A stretch of DNA of 51,120 nt. Source: Octopus bimaculoides. Taxonomy: Eukaryota. The notes beneath the pieces are model-generated. The model ran no database searches and was not told the origin of the DNA. It saw nothing but the letters and a program-made list of their open reading frames with translations. The stretch covers positions 119,473,770 to 119,524,889 of the forward strand of contig NC_068981.1 of the NCBI RefSeq assembly GCF_001194135.2, in the 5' to 3' direction. The translations under genes were made by a program, and so were the position numbers. Positions 1 to 12,806 of the stretch are shown piece by piece. Numbering within the stretch: the first letter of the stretch is position 1; every line of letters starts with the position of its first letter.

Positions 1-27
1 ATATATATATATATATATATATATATA

Positions 28-192
28 CACGACGGGCTTCTTTCGGTTTCTACCTATTAAATCCACTCACAAATCATTAGTCGGCCCAACGCTATAATAG
101 AAGATACTTGCCCAAGGTGCCATGCAGTAGGACTGAACCTGGGACCATGTGGTTGGGAAGCAAGCTTTTTATCACGCAGCTACATCTGCGCC
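28..192 (-). mobile_element. SINE family A (tRNA-derived), 5' portion
   Basis: Reverse complement matches the head of the 15667-16039 copy (ggcgcag...gtggttcc...cccactgc...ggcaccttgggcaag). It ends in the (TA)n at the window start. Confidence 0.8.
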
Positions 193-730
193 AATATTAG
201 ACATTTACATCTAACTTACGTTTCGATCTGTTTTGTTATCCGACTGTCATTAGATGTCCTATTTACTGTTGTCCTGGACTCGAAACATAGAACCTTTACT
301 TCTAAACTAAAAGCAGTAACGCCCTTATCTACTCATGTAATTTAAGTCCATGTGAACAGCTGATGACTATCCGAGATCAATTCGTAGATAATAGTGAAAT
401 AAAATTAAAATATTTCATCTCCAAAGACGCGGTAAATAAATAGTTTGACGAATTATAATCTCATTCATTTAGATAATTCTTTTTTTTTTTTTGTATTCTA
501 AGTATATAAAAGGTAAGTACTGAACCATACTACAGCAACCAAAAAGGCAAAGAAAAAAATCAAAAACAAAACATAAACAAAAGGAAACCATTTATAATGT
601 CCATCACGAATTAATGAACAACATGAAGCAATAAACAAAGTAAATCCTGCTATTTTGATCAGGTAGATCAGCGAAGCTTTGTTATGGTGACGAATAAAAG
701 AGGCGTGTCAAGTTAGTTCTGCTATCGACT

Positions 731-740
731 TCTCGCGAGA
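731..740. promoter_or_regulatory. TCTCGCGAGA palindrome (CGCG element, the vertebrate BANP/ZBTB33-associated motif) in the putative core promoter or 5' UTR
   Basis: Exact 10-bp palindrome ending 22 nt upstream of the ATG, within a locally CpG-rich segment. Function is not demonstrated. Confidence 0.55.
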
Positions 741-761
741 GTCCGCGTTAATAGACTGAAG

Positions 762-848
762 ATGGAGGCTGTTCCTCGTATGCCAATGTTATGTTTTTCT
801 TTAAAACACAGCCCCGAATATGTGGAATTTGGCCCTGTTTTGAAAAAG
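762..848 (+). CDS. PTPN23: PTPN23/HD-PTP coding exon 1 (MEAVPRMPMLCFSLKHSPEYVEFGPVLKK)
   Basis: ATG at 762 in strong context (gaagATGG). The N-terminus MEAVPRMPM matches vertebrate PTPN23 as I recall it. 87 nt, donor AAG|GTTTGT at 849, phase 0. Confidence 0.95.
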
Positions 849-2661
849 GTTTGTTCAAATTTATTTTCAGACGGATTTGAGATATCAAATTTTATTTGTG
901 TGTTCGTTCATTGCAAGTATAATTATAGAGTTTTATGACCAGCTTTACTGTTGACATGTGTTTGTGTTAGCTTATCGTTTTATTGTCAATTCTTTCTATC
1001 TAATAAGTTATAGGTGTGTGTGTGTATACATACATAATATATATACACATATAATATATATACATATGTGTGTGTGTTATATATACACACTCACACGCTG
1101 AGATTTTTTATGTTATATGAACTAGATCCGACAGGAAAAAATTGTAGAAGCGTAGTTACTTTCGTTTCAATGTTACACTCGATGGTTTCACACAACAGCA
1201 GAAGGATTAAAAATAAGCACCTGTTTAAACTAACTAACACATTCCAATTCATATCGACGCATTTGTTACTTTTAAAAAGATATGTATTCAAGCTTTCATC
1301 TCTGCCGAGCTTTATAATAATAGGTATCAAGTGGATGCTTCATTATTTCTGTTAGTGATGCAGATTTCTGCATATATACACCATCTATATTTTAAATTAA
1401 CCCATTCGAAAGACTACATTATATTTAATACTTTATGCTTGTTATTCTATTGATTGATATGGTTTTTAATTATTAACTTATGTCTTTCTGTCTATTTCAC
1501 CATGCTTTGTGTTTACCTCGATATATTTTGCATTAGCTTTCTGTTTTCTGTTAAAGAATAGGGAAATGATTAGATAAGATTTGAGACTATTGAATTTTTG
1601 TTTTTGTTTTTGGCAAGTTGAACGTACGTGTAGTATATATATTATATATATATATATATATACCTAGTCTTGCTCAACACATTTAAATAGCATTTCCTCC
1701 TTTTTATCTATTTATATTCTTTTCAATCTACGTTAACACTACGATGCTATTAACAAACTCATTACGCCCGGATGTGTTTTCCTTACAGCTAGTCGAAGGT
1801 TGTAGGTTGATTTGATCTTTCTGTTAATAAGCTATTAAAACATTTCTGTACGTGTGCCTCTGTTTTTATGTTAGTTACTCTTAAATTAAAAGAAAACTAA
1901 CAAATAGCAGTCTTCGTCTGGAAAGAATGTTCTGCCTAGATACTCGTTTAGTTCTGATCACTGTTTATTGAAACAAACACGGTTTTATTCGTTCCTAAAT
2001 CGAACCTGAATTCTTAAATGTTGGTTTAAGCACACGTTTACATTATTTCTGGTATTCTTACGAAATAAAATCTTTGTATTGTGATAACATTAGTCATTTA
2101 CAACACACACGCTGGAGTTAATATATAGTTTTTCAGTTGTTTTAATTTATTTTTATAACGGTGTGTAATTGTCATGCATTTGTGACCTGGTCACTGATGT
2201 TGGTGGAGGTGATGATGAAAAAGATAATGCGAAGGGGAGGAGTGTAAGGAAGCGGGGAAGGAATGTAAACTATATTTAATCCATCAGCTTATCTGAGCTG
2301 GCCAAAAAACTGACATTTGACAGATACAAGGGAAGATTCTGTGACTAGGTTACAAATGTACAACGAAAGACTTATTTTTACATAAGTAAACCTCTGATAT
2401 TTAATAAAATAACAGAATGTGCTGGTTAATCTCGTATTACTTTTTACTCTAGCTTTCCCGACTTTTTCGTTTCTCTTCTTAGTTACCCATATTAGGTGCA
2501 CCTCGTTCCTGTACTAACCACAACGCTCAGTCCACCTCTCTTTGCCCATGTCATTCCTTCATCGTCGACTTGCTAGTGTTCAAGAGGAAAATTTAACCTT
2601 GTTAGTCTCAGCAGTTTCGGAGAGCTTGTGAGGACCATAAACATTGCTCCTTGTTCTAGAC

Positions 2662-2960
2662 CAGGCCTGGCCAACTCGAATTACATTGCGGACCACTTTA
2701 ATCAAAGTTTTTTGAGGCCGCTTGTATATTGAAAGCATTTTGCTTTCTCATGCGATTATTACAGTAATGAATGAATGATCGTTGATTCAACATGAAATAT
2801 TATCGTTGCAAAACAGTATCTTTCTTTTTTACTTTTCATTACAATTTTTTGATTTTTGATAAAATTTTTCAAATGTTTGTTTAAATAAACCCCATTCCAA
2901 GAAAGTATCAAGTGGGCCTGCGGGGCGCATGCGGCCCGCGGGCCTCAGGTTGGCCAGCCG
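2662..2960. mobile_element. hAT-Charlie-like MITE, decayed right end
   Basis: Left end CAGGCCTGGCCAAC is preceded by ttctagac, a Charlie-like target. Right end is GTTGGCCAGCCG. It carries an internal GC palindromic block (gggcctgcggggcgcatgcggcccgcgggcc). The right TSD is not recognisable. Confidence 0.6.
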
Positions 2961-4876
2961 TTTTGACTGCGATTTCAAGTTAAATCTCTTGACAAACAGT
3001 AATGCAAAATACCTGACACGTGCACATCTTCATTCACAGGCCTCCACTGGACATTCTGCAGGTGTACTTGTTTTTTTCTCTTCAGTGTAGTAGTTAAACC
3101 TGACAGCAGTTTTTTTCCCCTTTTGATTAGGAACCATATTTTAAGACTTTAATTTTGGGCTACTATACCTCACACTAAAGGGTGGTCACTACTGTGAAAT
3201 TGATCAAATGCACTTGTTGAACTAAAACACCCTCTATATAGGGGTACACTGGATACCTTACATTGTGTTCTTTAGTGACATTTGCTCGCGGTCATGAATG
3301 ATAATAACACTATAATTATTATGGCAGTTTAAACAGCTGTTGTAGATTTCAAAGTCTAATACTGTAATTAATATATCTTTAAAAGTAATTCATTCTTTGA
3401 AAGAAATTCTGTAACTGTCTGTGGTTGAGATGGCACAAAATACTGGAAATGGAAACAATATGGTAAGAAGTTCAGTCTTCATTTCTGTAGTTTGAATCTA
3501 TTTAGGTTACCTTTTATAACCTTGGGTTCGATAACATAACCACCAGGTGAACTAAAGATCAGTGACTTCAAACTGACTGGCTATTGAGATAATATTTCTA
3601 ATGCTTTATATCTATTCTCATATAAATAATGTTCCTTACCTAGAAAAAAATAATGACCCTTTGTTGTACCAAAGAAAAAACTTTTCTAAATAACTAACTC
3701 TTTGCCTGTAATGTATTTAGTGTATTTAATCTGTTTCGAGTCTGAAATTTAATTTTTAAATATATATTGTATTTATATCCCTTACCTAATTTGAAAATAT
3801 ACTCCTCAGTTTTAATATTTTATGTCTTGGTTCTGCATCATCCTGTTAGTGAGACTGAATTGTCAAAGGACTATTCTAGTAATCTCAAGATTTCTCATTT
3901 TTTTTCATTTACTCTCCACGTACCAGCTAACAAATTGAAAAGATTTTGTAGTCCTATGTTGAGTATCTCATTTTAGTGTATGATGGAAAAATTAGCCTGA
4001 AAGTTAATCAATCCTGAGGTAAAATTGAGGTCCAATGTCTCTAAACAAGATTTGAAACTAAGTCACAAACTTAGCTAACCAAGAGTCTATCTCTTAGCTT
4101 TGACTACAAACTTCTGTAGGTTTAAATATTGTTCCTCTTGCGTACATAGATTAATATATTTATGCTTGATCATTTTCTTAGCCTACTTGTTCTGAACTCC
4201 TCTTTTGAATTTTATATTCAATATCTGGTTGTGCTCAGGTATATTCCTTCCTAGTCATCGCATGTTTTTACTCTCATACATTATGGTGTTCGTGATGCAA
4301 ACATTGTATGATTTTTCCTTTTTAATGCTTAATGGAAGGAATGATCATGAACTTCTACTTGGGTCACACCCTCACACATTTTTTACTTCAACTTCAGTTT
4401 AATTATTTTATCAGGAGCGGCATGATAAAATGCATCCAGTTTACACTGGCGATGATAGATGTAAAGTGATTCATGATAGAAAAGACATCTGGCTATAAAG
4501 TCCTTGTTAATGTAAGGTAACAAATGGAAATTTGGGCTCTGCAAAGGAAAATACAAACAACCACCACCTATTGAGGAGAGCAATAGCTCTGAAAAAATCT
4601 TATACAGGGTAGAAAGGACTCTTTGGTTATATACTACAGAAATTTTTTGTCATCCCACTGGCACGATAAAAAACATCCAGTTTTTGGCTTTAGGAAAAGC
4701 ATCCAGGAATAAATACCCATGTTGTCTCCCTNNNNNNNNNNAAAAAAAAAAAAAAAAAAAATGCTGACCCAAGACAGCTCATTTTCTTTATTGCTGTGTG
4801 TTATACATGATGGAAGGATCAAGATGCTTTTAGACCTGTTGAATTATGATGAGATGGCGATATTAACTTGCTTTAA

Positions 4877-5088
4877 GGTGATGAGCTGGCAGAAGGGTTA
4901 GCACACCAGACAAAATGCTTAATGACATTGTTTGTCTTTACATCCACAGTTCAAATTCTGCCAATGTCAAATTTGTCTTTCATCCTTTCAGGATTGATAA
5001 GTACTTGTTCATTACTCAGATCAGTGTAATTGACTATTCATCTTCCCCCAAACTTGCTGGCTTTGTGCCAAAATTTGAAATCAATATT
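4877..5088 (+). mobile_element. SINE family B, decayed copy
   Basis: Matches the 8119-8345 and 49971-50197 copies (gagctggcagaa...gttagcac...aaatgctt...ttcaaattc...tttcatcctttc...gataa). Confidence 0.75.
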
Positions 5089-5458
5089 AACTTGCTTTCT
5101 CCAGTGTCTCTGATTAGCCCAGCATAGCTTACAGTAACAATAATCATGTCAAGTACATGTGACGAGTTTAAGCAGGTTATTCAACGTCAATTTACTTGAA
5201 CTCTCAGTGTATAAAATTGATTTCACTGATTATATGGTATTGACTGTGTTCATGAACACACAGTTCCTACTGTTTAGACTGTGGAAGTTTCAAATACTAA
5301 TTAGTAATAACTTGGTCTTTGTCCATGATCTTCTTATCTGATTTTTTTATATCTGCATTGTATTATTTAGATGAATCTGCAGTGACAAACCTTAATGGTA
5401 TTGTTGGATATGAGTATATGTGGGACCCAGGTTTTAAAGAGGACTTTTTCCTGCTAAC

Positions 5459-6742
5459 CATCAAAAAGTTCCTGAACTAGTTCTGTAGAACACTAACAAA
5501 TGGCAGCACACAGTTGCGTGCACAGTGACCTTCATGAGGCAGTGTGCCAAGTGACATCATTGTGTTTACTTTGCAAGTTGTGAAATTTGTGTTTTAATGA
5601 TCACATGTATGCAGTAATCTGTGATTTTTGTATTGGACAGGAAGTTGAAACAGCCAATGTGAAATTTTGTGTTAAACTTGGGATGCTTAGACATGTTTAA
5701 CTGTTTGGATGTTTGGCTTTGGCAAGCTTACGGTGATGAGGCTGTGGGCCGTATACATTGTTTCAAGTGGCACAGGTGCTTTAAAAGCAGAAGAACATCC
5801 CTGGAAGATGATGAGCAATCTGGAAGACCTGCAGTGAACATCACCCCTGGAAATGTGGAGAAAATTCATCATGTGTGTGAGGATTGTTGGAGGACAATCA
5901 ACGACATTGATATTGTTGGTCTGTTGTATGGGCCTGTGCATGCTATCCTAATATCTGAATTGAACTTGTGTGTCTTTGCCAAGTTTGTCCTCCCCCCACC
6001 TGCTGACCTGAGCAGGAAGAATGTTGTCCAAGTCTGTCAAGATCTCCATCAGCATACCACTGATCAGACCTCCTTGATGTCGAGGATCATCACTGGTGAT
6101 GAGAGTTGGGTCTACAGGTACGACCCTGAGATGAAGCAACAGTTGTCACAATGGAAGAGTCTTTCATCTCCATGACTGAAGAAGGTGAGACAGATCCGCA
6201 GCTCAATCAAGAGCATGCTCATTGCTTTTTCGATATCCCCGGTGTTGTGCATCAAGAATTCATCCCCCAGAGCAAGACCATCTATTGAGAGTTCTACTGT
6301 GATGTTTTGAAGTGTTTGAGGGAGGACGTTCAACAAAAGTGATTGGATCTGTGGTACGTGAAGAATTGGATTCTTCATGACAGTGCACCCTGTCACTAAG
6401 CTCTTCTCACACCCGAGTTTCTCGTCAAAAAAATGGTATCACTTCTACACCCAGCCTATTTGCCTGAGTTAACACCTGCTGACTTCCATCTCTTCCCCAA
6501 GATGAAAATGCAGCCCAAAGGTCACCATTTTAACACCATTGTCACAATCCAGAGTGAATTGCAGAAGGTCCTCAACTCACTTACAGAGAAGGATTTCCGG
6601 GCCAGATTCCAAAAGTGACAGAAATGTTGGGACCAGTGTATTGCTGTGCAAGGTGACTATTTTGAAAGATGTTAAAGCTTAAGTAAATAAGTTGTTTTTT
6701 ATTAAACATAACTAGTCCAAAACTTTCTGATGATACCTTATA
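5459..6742 (+). mobile_element. Mariner (Tc1/mariner superfamily) fossil transposon, about 1.28 kb, with pseudogenised transposase
   Basis: Motifs: GRP (LEDDEQSGRP), IITGDESWVYRYDPE, HDSAPCH and HPAYLPELTPADFHLFPKMK. The last two catalytic Asp are 33 residues apart (D34D family with a probable codon loss). Stops and frameshifts are present. Degenerate TIRs: catcaaaaagttcctgaactagtt (5459-5482) and aactagtccaaaactttctgatg (6710-6732). Confidence 0.9.
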
Positions 6743-7880
6743 GACATTTAGGAAGTTATTAATGTTCCTTTGGTTTAGATATGATTTTTAAAATTTTTAT
6801 ATCTAATCTGAAACTAATTCTTGCTGTAGTAGTATTTTGAGATTGAATAGAAATATTGCTTTTGTTTAACTCCACATGTCCTGACTGAGCAAACCTGTGA
6901 ACAAATGCATTCCAGCTTAGATACATGATTCCCTATTTTTATTTGGACATAACATACTTGAATTGTTTTTCCATTTTTATGATGGCAGGGTGTTATTTGA
7001 GGGAAATTTGGTTGCTCTATCTAGCTTGTTGCTTCTTTCATTTTTTTTGTATAGTATTGTTTTCTTTTTTGCATGTGGTTTATGGAAACTGTTTAAGAAT
7101 TGTTTGTTGCTGATGCCAATATATTTCATGAGAGCCTTCTCTGCAGGAATTGTTGATACAATAAATTGTTTTCTCACGTGCGTTATAATGTATTTTGTTA
7201 TTTAAACAATGGTTTACAGGGATTCGTTTTGGTTTCCTTCCTTTTGTGTTTTTGGTGGGACTCTGTTATTCAACCCTAAGTCAGCTCTGATAAAGCAGGC
7301 CTATGGCATTTAAGTAGTCAGCCAAATGACTTGGTATAATCAACAAATCCATATATAGTTCTATTTAAAGACCATACTGCACATTCTAACATACCAGTTA
7401 ACTGTATTAGTTGCAACCTGGGCATGTTATGCTCACACCAATCTTCTGTGTTGGTAAAAATGTTTGTGTAGGAATATTTTTGTATCTAATTATTAAGTGT
7501 TGTGGTATGTTGCACTTATCACAGACGTTTTTGGCATTGAGCACATGAGACATCCTATTACTAGTGAGATAAATAGTTTATAAGTTTTGTCCATTGCAAA
7601 ACTCTTAATTTATCCAGTATAGTAGATATACCTCTATGGTTCCTGTTTACTTCTTGGAGTGATCCAGCTAAAAGTTAGGTACTTATGCCAAGGATACAAC
7701 ACTGATCTGATGAGATATAAACAGTTACTTTAAATAATAGATGGGTACCTCATAAATAGCATATTGTTTCCCTTTTAAAAGTTTTTTTTTTTATAACAAA
7801 AGTGATTTGACTTAAATAAACCAGTTTCGATTTTCTTTGATATGTTTTTAACACCATCTAGATTCTTAAAGATTTGTAAG

Positions 7881-8075
7881 GCTGTGGGGCAAGTTTGCTT
7901 CCCATCTACATGATTCAGGGTTCAGCCCTACTTTGTGCCACCTTGGGCTGACCAAAGCCTTGTGAGGGGATTTGGTAGGTAGAAACTGAATGTGGGTGTG
8001 GGTAGGTGTGGGTGTGCGCGCGTGCGTGCGTGTGCGTGCGTGCGTGCGCGCGTGTCCACCCCCCACTTGATAACC
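7881..8075 (+). mobile_element. SINE family A, decayed and internally deleted copy with a (GT/GC) microsatellite
   Basis: ccaaagccttgtgagggatttggtag...aaactgaa matches the 15667 copy. Confidence 0.7.
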
Positions 8076-8118
8076 AGGGGTCAATAAGTTCTGCCAAAAT
8101 TCTTCAAAATGGTGCCCC

Positions 8119-8345
8119 AGCAAGCTGGCAGGGACGTTAGCACATTAGGCGAAATGCTTAGCAGTATTTCATCTGCTGCTACGTTCAGAGTTCAAATTCA
8201 GCCGAGGTCGACTTTGCCTTTTATCCTTTCAGGGTCGATAAATTAAGTACCAGTTACGCACTGATGTCAATATAATCGACTTAATCCGTTTGTCTGTCCT
8301 TGTTTGTCCCCTCTGTGTGTAGCCCCTAGTGGGCAGTAATGAAAT
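8119..8345 (+). mobile_element. SINE family B, well-preserved copy
   Basis: gctggcag...gttagcac...gcgaaatgcttagc...gagttcaaattc...gaggtcgactttgcctt...gggtcgataaattaagtaccag recurs at 4877, 38345, 39565 (-) and 49971. Confidence 0.85.
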
Positions 8346-8804
8346 TTTTATCTGTTCTATAATACAAAATATACAAGTATACGAAGTTTGAAAGTGTTTC
8401 GGTACCAAAAACACTACATAAAACATTAATGAAAAGTGTTACCTCTCAAATCAAAAAGATCCTAAGTTGGAAACACTTTGATGGATATTGTATTGTAGGC
8501 TGGTCCAGCTTATGCCGGTGCCAGAAAAATACACAGTGAAATGATTTATGAAATTTAAAATTGTCTTTTTCTTTAATAAAATTTACAAATATAGAAATGT
8601 CTATATAAAAATAAGTATCTGTATAATGACTAACCTTGTCTGCTATGCAAATTTGAAAGGTTGGTTTTCAGTGGGATACTTGTCATTGTTAATTCTCAAG
8701 TAACTTATCCTTTTTGTTGTTTCATTTTCAAACATGATTAAGCCCAGTGATTCCCAAATAATTAGTTGCAGTGCACTGGAATACTGCACGGAATATTTAG
8801 GTAC

Positions 8805-8842
<38 letters not shown>

Positions 8843-10607
8843 CAAGAATTTAAGTCTTTAGAAAATACTAATATTTGAACATATTGAAAAATGTTATTCA
8901 TAGATTTGTTAAACACTGATTTGATAGATAAAACAAGGTAACCAATAATTCTCTATTTTTTCTAATTTTTAACAGAATTAACATTTATGTGAAGTGTTCC
9001 AATTTTTTATTTTAATCATCAGTGCATTATGAAATCAAAGACTGAGAGCCACTTTAACTGTTCAATTTTTATTCATTCATTTAATATTTTACTATGACTA
9101 GTGTTACACTGTCTTTGTGAAGTTCTTTTTAATAAGTAAAATTGAAGATAGCAACATCTCAACGTGTGTGTGTACATGGATATGTAGGTGTAGTATTTAA
9201 TTTTTTATCCATTTTTTTTATACTTGTAAGAGTGGATGAGATGCCCTCTCCATCTGGTTCTAGCTACCACAGTGTGAAGTGGTGGCTTTATGTCATTCAA
9301 GCACGCTGGAATACAGCAAACACAAAGACTGTGTTTTCTTCTGAGTTCCATTCCAGTAGTTCCAATGAAACTTGATAATATGGTCAATAGGCAAATAGAT
9401 GTGACATGAATGATGTAATAGTTGTGTACAAAGATGTAGTTTGAGTAAGTGATAATCATGCATGTCTTCTCCTCTTCATCTGAAGAAAAGTATTTGGTTC
9501 TGTGATTCTAACTGAAGAAAATTATAACACACCTGATTTTGTTTTTTTCTTTAGTCAGTAGGGGTGGGCACTGCCCATAACTCTTTATAGGCCCTTTTGA
9601 GACTGGCAGAAATGGGGGAAGGGAAGGGAGTATTCTCAAACCAGAGACCTGGCTTGATTGCTTGCAACAGAGTAACCTCTACTAAAGATACCCAGAAAAT
9701 AGGTAGTGGTATTAAACAAAGTAGTCAACAGTTCGAGTTGAACTCGAAAAGCAATGTACCATGCCAAATACTGTAAGACTTCTAATTTGACACTTGAATA
9801 ACTCTGCCAGTCTACCACCTTAGGCCAGTACTTTATCAATTGCCCTGGAAACAGGAAAGGTAAAGCTAACCTCTGTTGAAATTGAACTCAGAATACAGAT
9901 AAATGGGAGTAAATATCTCAAAATATTTTGTTTAATATTCTAATGACTCAGTCAATTCATTTCTTATGGAATAACTTATTGTTTTGAAAAATTTACTCTG
10001 TCGGCTTTTGTATTTACTTATATAAAAATGTTCAGGTTGGGACTGAAGTCACTGAAACTCCTTGTTTTGTGTAATGTTCCAACATTGTTTAACTCCAGGT
10101 TTGTGGTCCTAATCCATTATAAAAAATACAAAACAATACACTTGGTATTAGTTTGGCTACAAAGAAGGCAAATCCAAATATCTTTCTTAGACAACAACTT
10201 CAGAATATAAACTCTGCAGTTACAAATCCAATAACCTTATCCACCTTACACACAGTCACACAAGAATGTGTAGTTCTATGAATATAGTTTACTTTCTATT
10301 CACTTGCACTGTATTCATGGCAAGAATGTCTGTAGAATTGGCTGAAGTATTAGAGCTTCAAATGAAATGTCATGCAGTATTTACTCCAGCTTTTCATGTT
10401 CCGAGTTCAGTTTCTACTTAGTTCAACTTTGGTACTTTATTTATTGATCCTAGAAAGATAAGGCAACGGACTGGCATAACCATTAAAACATCAACCAACA
10501 TGACTTGTATATATACCAGCTATTTGTGTTCTGAGTTCAGATTCTTTTATAGCCTTCTAGAGTGGTAAACTTAATACATTTTCCAGTTTATCCTCATCAC
10601 TTGACCC

Positions 10608-10667
10608 TAATCCCTTGGCTCTTAATCCCTTGGCTCTTAATCCCTTGGCTCTTAATCCCTTGGCTCT
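10608..10667. repeat. Minisatellite, 15-bp unit TAATCCCTTGGCTCT x4 (perfect)
   Basis: Read directly from the sequence. Confidence 0.95.
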
Positions 10668-12471
10668 TATTCCTTCTCTCTCTGCCTGCTTAGCTTGAAG
10701 GGTTGTTCCTTTCTGACTCCCTTCTCAAATTTTAACTCTTTTCCCTTCATTCTCCTTGTTAACCTTTTCACCCCCCCCCCCCCCNNNNNNNNNNNNNNNN
10801 CCCCCCCCATCTGTTTTCTGTCTCTCTATATCAACCTGTACAGCTCTTTATTCCCACTCAGATAAAGAACCTAAAATGTTAGTCTCCACTCATTGCAATA
10901 ATTGAAATAAGGAAACTTTACCACTCCTGCTGGTTTATTGCTTCCATTCTCCTATTGATGGTGATGGAAACAATCTTAAACAACTGCCTTCTTTATCCCC
11001 TTCATTCTCTTTTCCTTGCTTAGTTACCACCAGTATGGTTTCCATAATCAAATCTGTTAGATGCATGCTGTCATATGGTGTACACTGGTGGTCCTCTGCC
11101 TTTTTAAGAGCTTTGACAACAAAACAATGTTGTCATCCTTATCATAGCTATGTTGCCAGTTTATAATTGCCATCTGTATCTTACCATTTTGATCAGAAGT
11201 TTATCAGATTGTCTTATTGGAGCATGCCTTAATGGGACTGCCTCTAACAAATTCTATCAACTTAGTATACTTGTGGGTTCATTTGTCCTACACTCTTCCT
11301 TCTTAATAAATTTTTCATTGTCATTTCTAACAATACTTACTCCATTGTATATGATGCCACTTTTCAGTCCTGTTTTAATATTTTGCAAATAAACTTCATC
11401 TTATTCAACATGTCCACTACATACCAGACTAACAGTTAAATGTGTCACTTGCAAGAAAGGCATACTTGTGTAAAACTAACCACATCTATATTGGTGTGAA
11501 AATCGAAGAACCAGAGAGAGAGAGAGAGAGAATGGAAAAGTAAAAAAAAAGAAATTTGTTCATTTATTGGTTATTGGTATGTTTTATCTTTATATCTTAG
11601 ACTTTGATATTTGGAATCTCACTTCTAGGTTATTGCATCAAAGCAACAATTCTTTTTATGTAGTAACAGAAGTTTCCATATTACTTGAAACCAAATTGTG
11701 ACAGTAGTATCTGTTTCCTGGACATGGATTGTCTGAACTGTCTTTATCAGAGCTCATAGTTACCTTTTGATCTTGAATTTAATTTCCTCTGCCTACAATG
11801 TATTCTGTATTTGAAATACTAGAATAGTCTAATGATTATAAATGACGAGTGAGGAAGAGAAAATGAGAGAAACAGCAAAATGATTAATCCATATTGCAGA
11901 ATTGCATTTTCATGCTTTGTTGTTGTTCGTTTCCATCAGTACATATCATTGAATTTTCTTATGAACATTATGTTCAATTTCATGTTCTACTGGCATTTGT
12001 ATGTACTTTTAAATAAATAATTGTGTGTCTGTGTTAAAAAATGTATATATGTGTGTGTGTGTATATATGTATATATATATATCAGTTGATATAGTGTTAT
12101 TTGCGTCCATAAAACCATTCTGGAATCTAGCCAAGGTTTGAGTAGACTATTTCCTGAGATCTATTGATATTACAACTGTTGTCTCAGTCAACATCAGAAG
12201 TATTAAGATTGGCTTTTGTTTGTGTGGAGACTTCTATCTGTTGCTTGTTTAGTCACATGTCAGTCCTAATCCAACAGATCTTTTAACCATTTAATTTTAT
12301 TCACTTTACTCTTATCTATGATAAAGATCAATTTAAAAAAAAATTGATGTAATTGAATTGCTACTCTTGTCAAGCCTAGTTGTTCCCATAGCATTTCTGT
12401 CCTTGGGGTACCTTAATTTTTTTTTTTTTTAATAGTTTTCCACTCCTTTCAGTGTTAAGGTTTTTAATGTA

Positions 12472-12806
12472 CTGTATTTTCTGGCATTTAAGGCACACTT
12501 TTTTTCCAAAAAATTCTCCCCAAAATTCACCCTGCACTTTATGTGCTGAAGGACAGGCTTTGGGTATACTTGGTTTGTTATTAATGATGGACAATACTGT
12601 TGATGGTGGAGGTCAGTGATATTTTATAGTGTTACGGTGAGTATTGTGACTTAGCCTACCATAATTTCTGAGCAAAGGGCATCAAAATTTTCATGATTTC
12701 TATGCATGAGAATGTGTGAACTCGGATATTTGGATCTAGCTACGTTTTTTGTCATGGATTAGGCCTGCCAAAATTGGGGGTGCAGCTTATATTCCGGAAA
12801 ATACAG
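12472..12806. mobile_element. Tc2/pogo-type non-autonomous DNA transposon (MITE), 335 bp
   Basis: TIRs ctgtattttctggcatttaag and cttatattccggaaaatacag (18/21 match), flanked by TA on both sides (12470-12471, 12807-12808). Confidence 0.85.

Noticed and set aside
511-520. Perfect AG|GTAAGT donor upstream of the ATG, suggesting a non-coding first exon
   Set aside because: There is no convincing downstream acceptor before 762. Such hexamers are common by chance, so transcript data would be needed.
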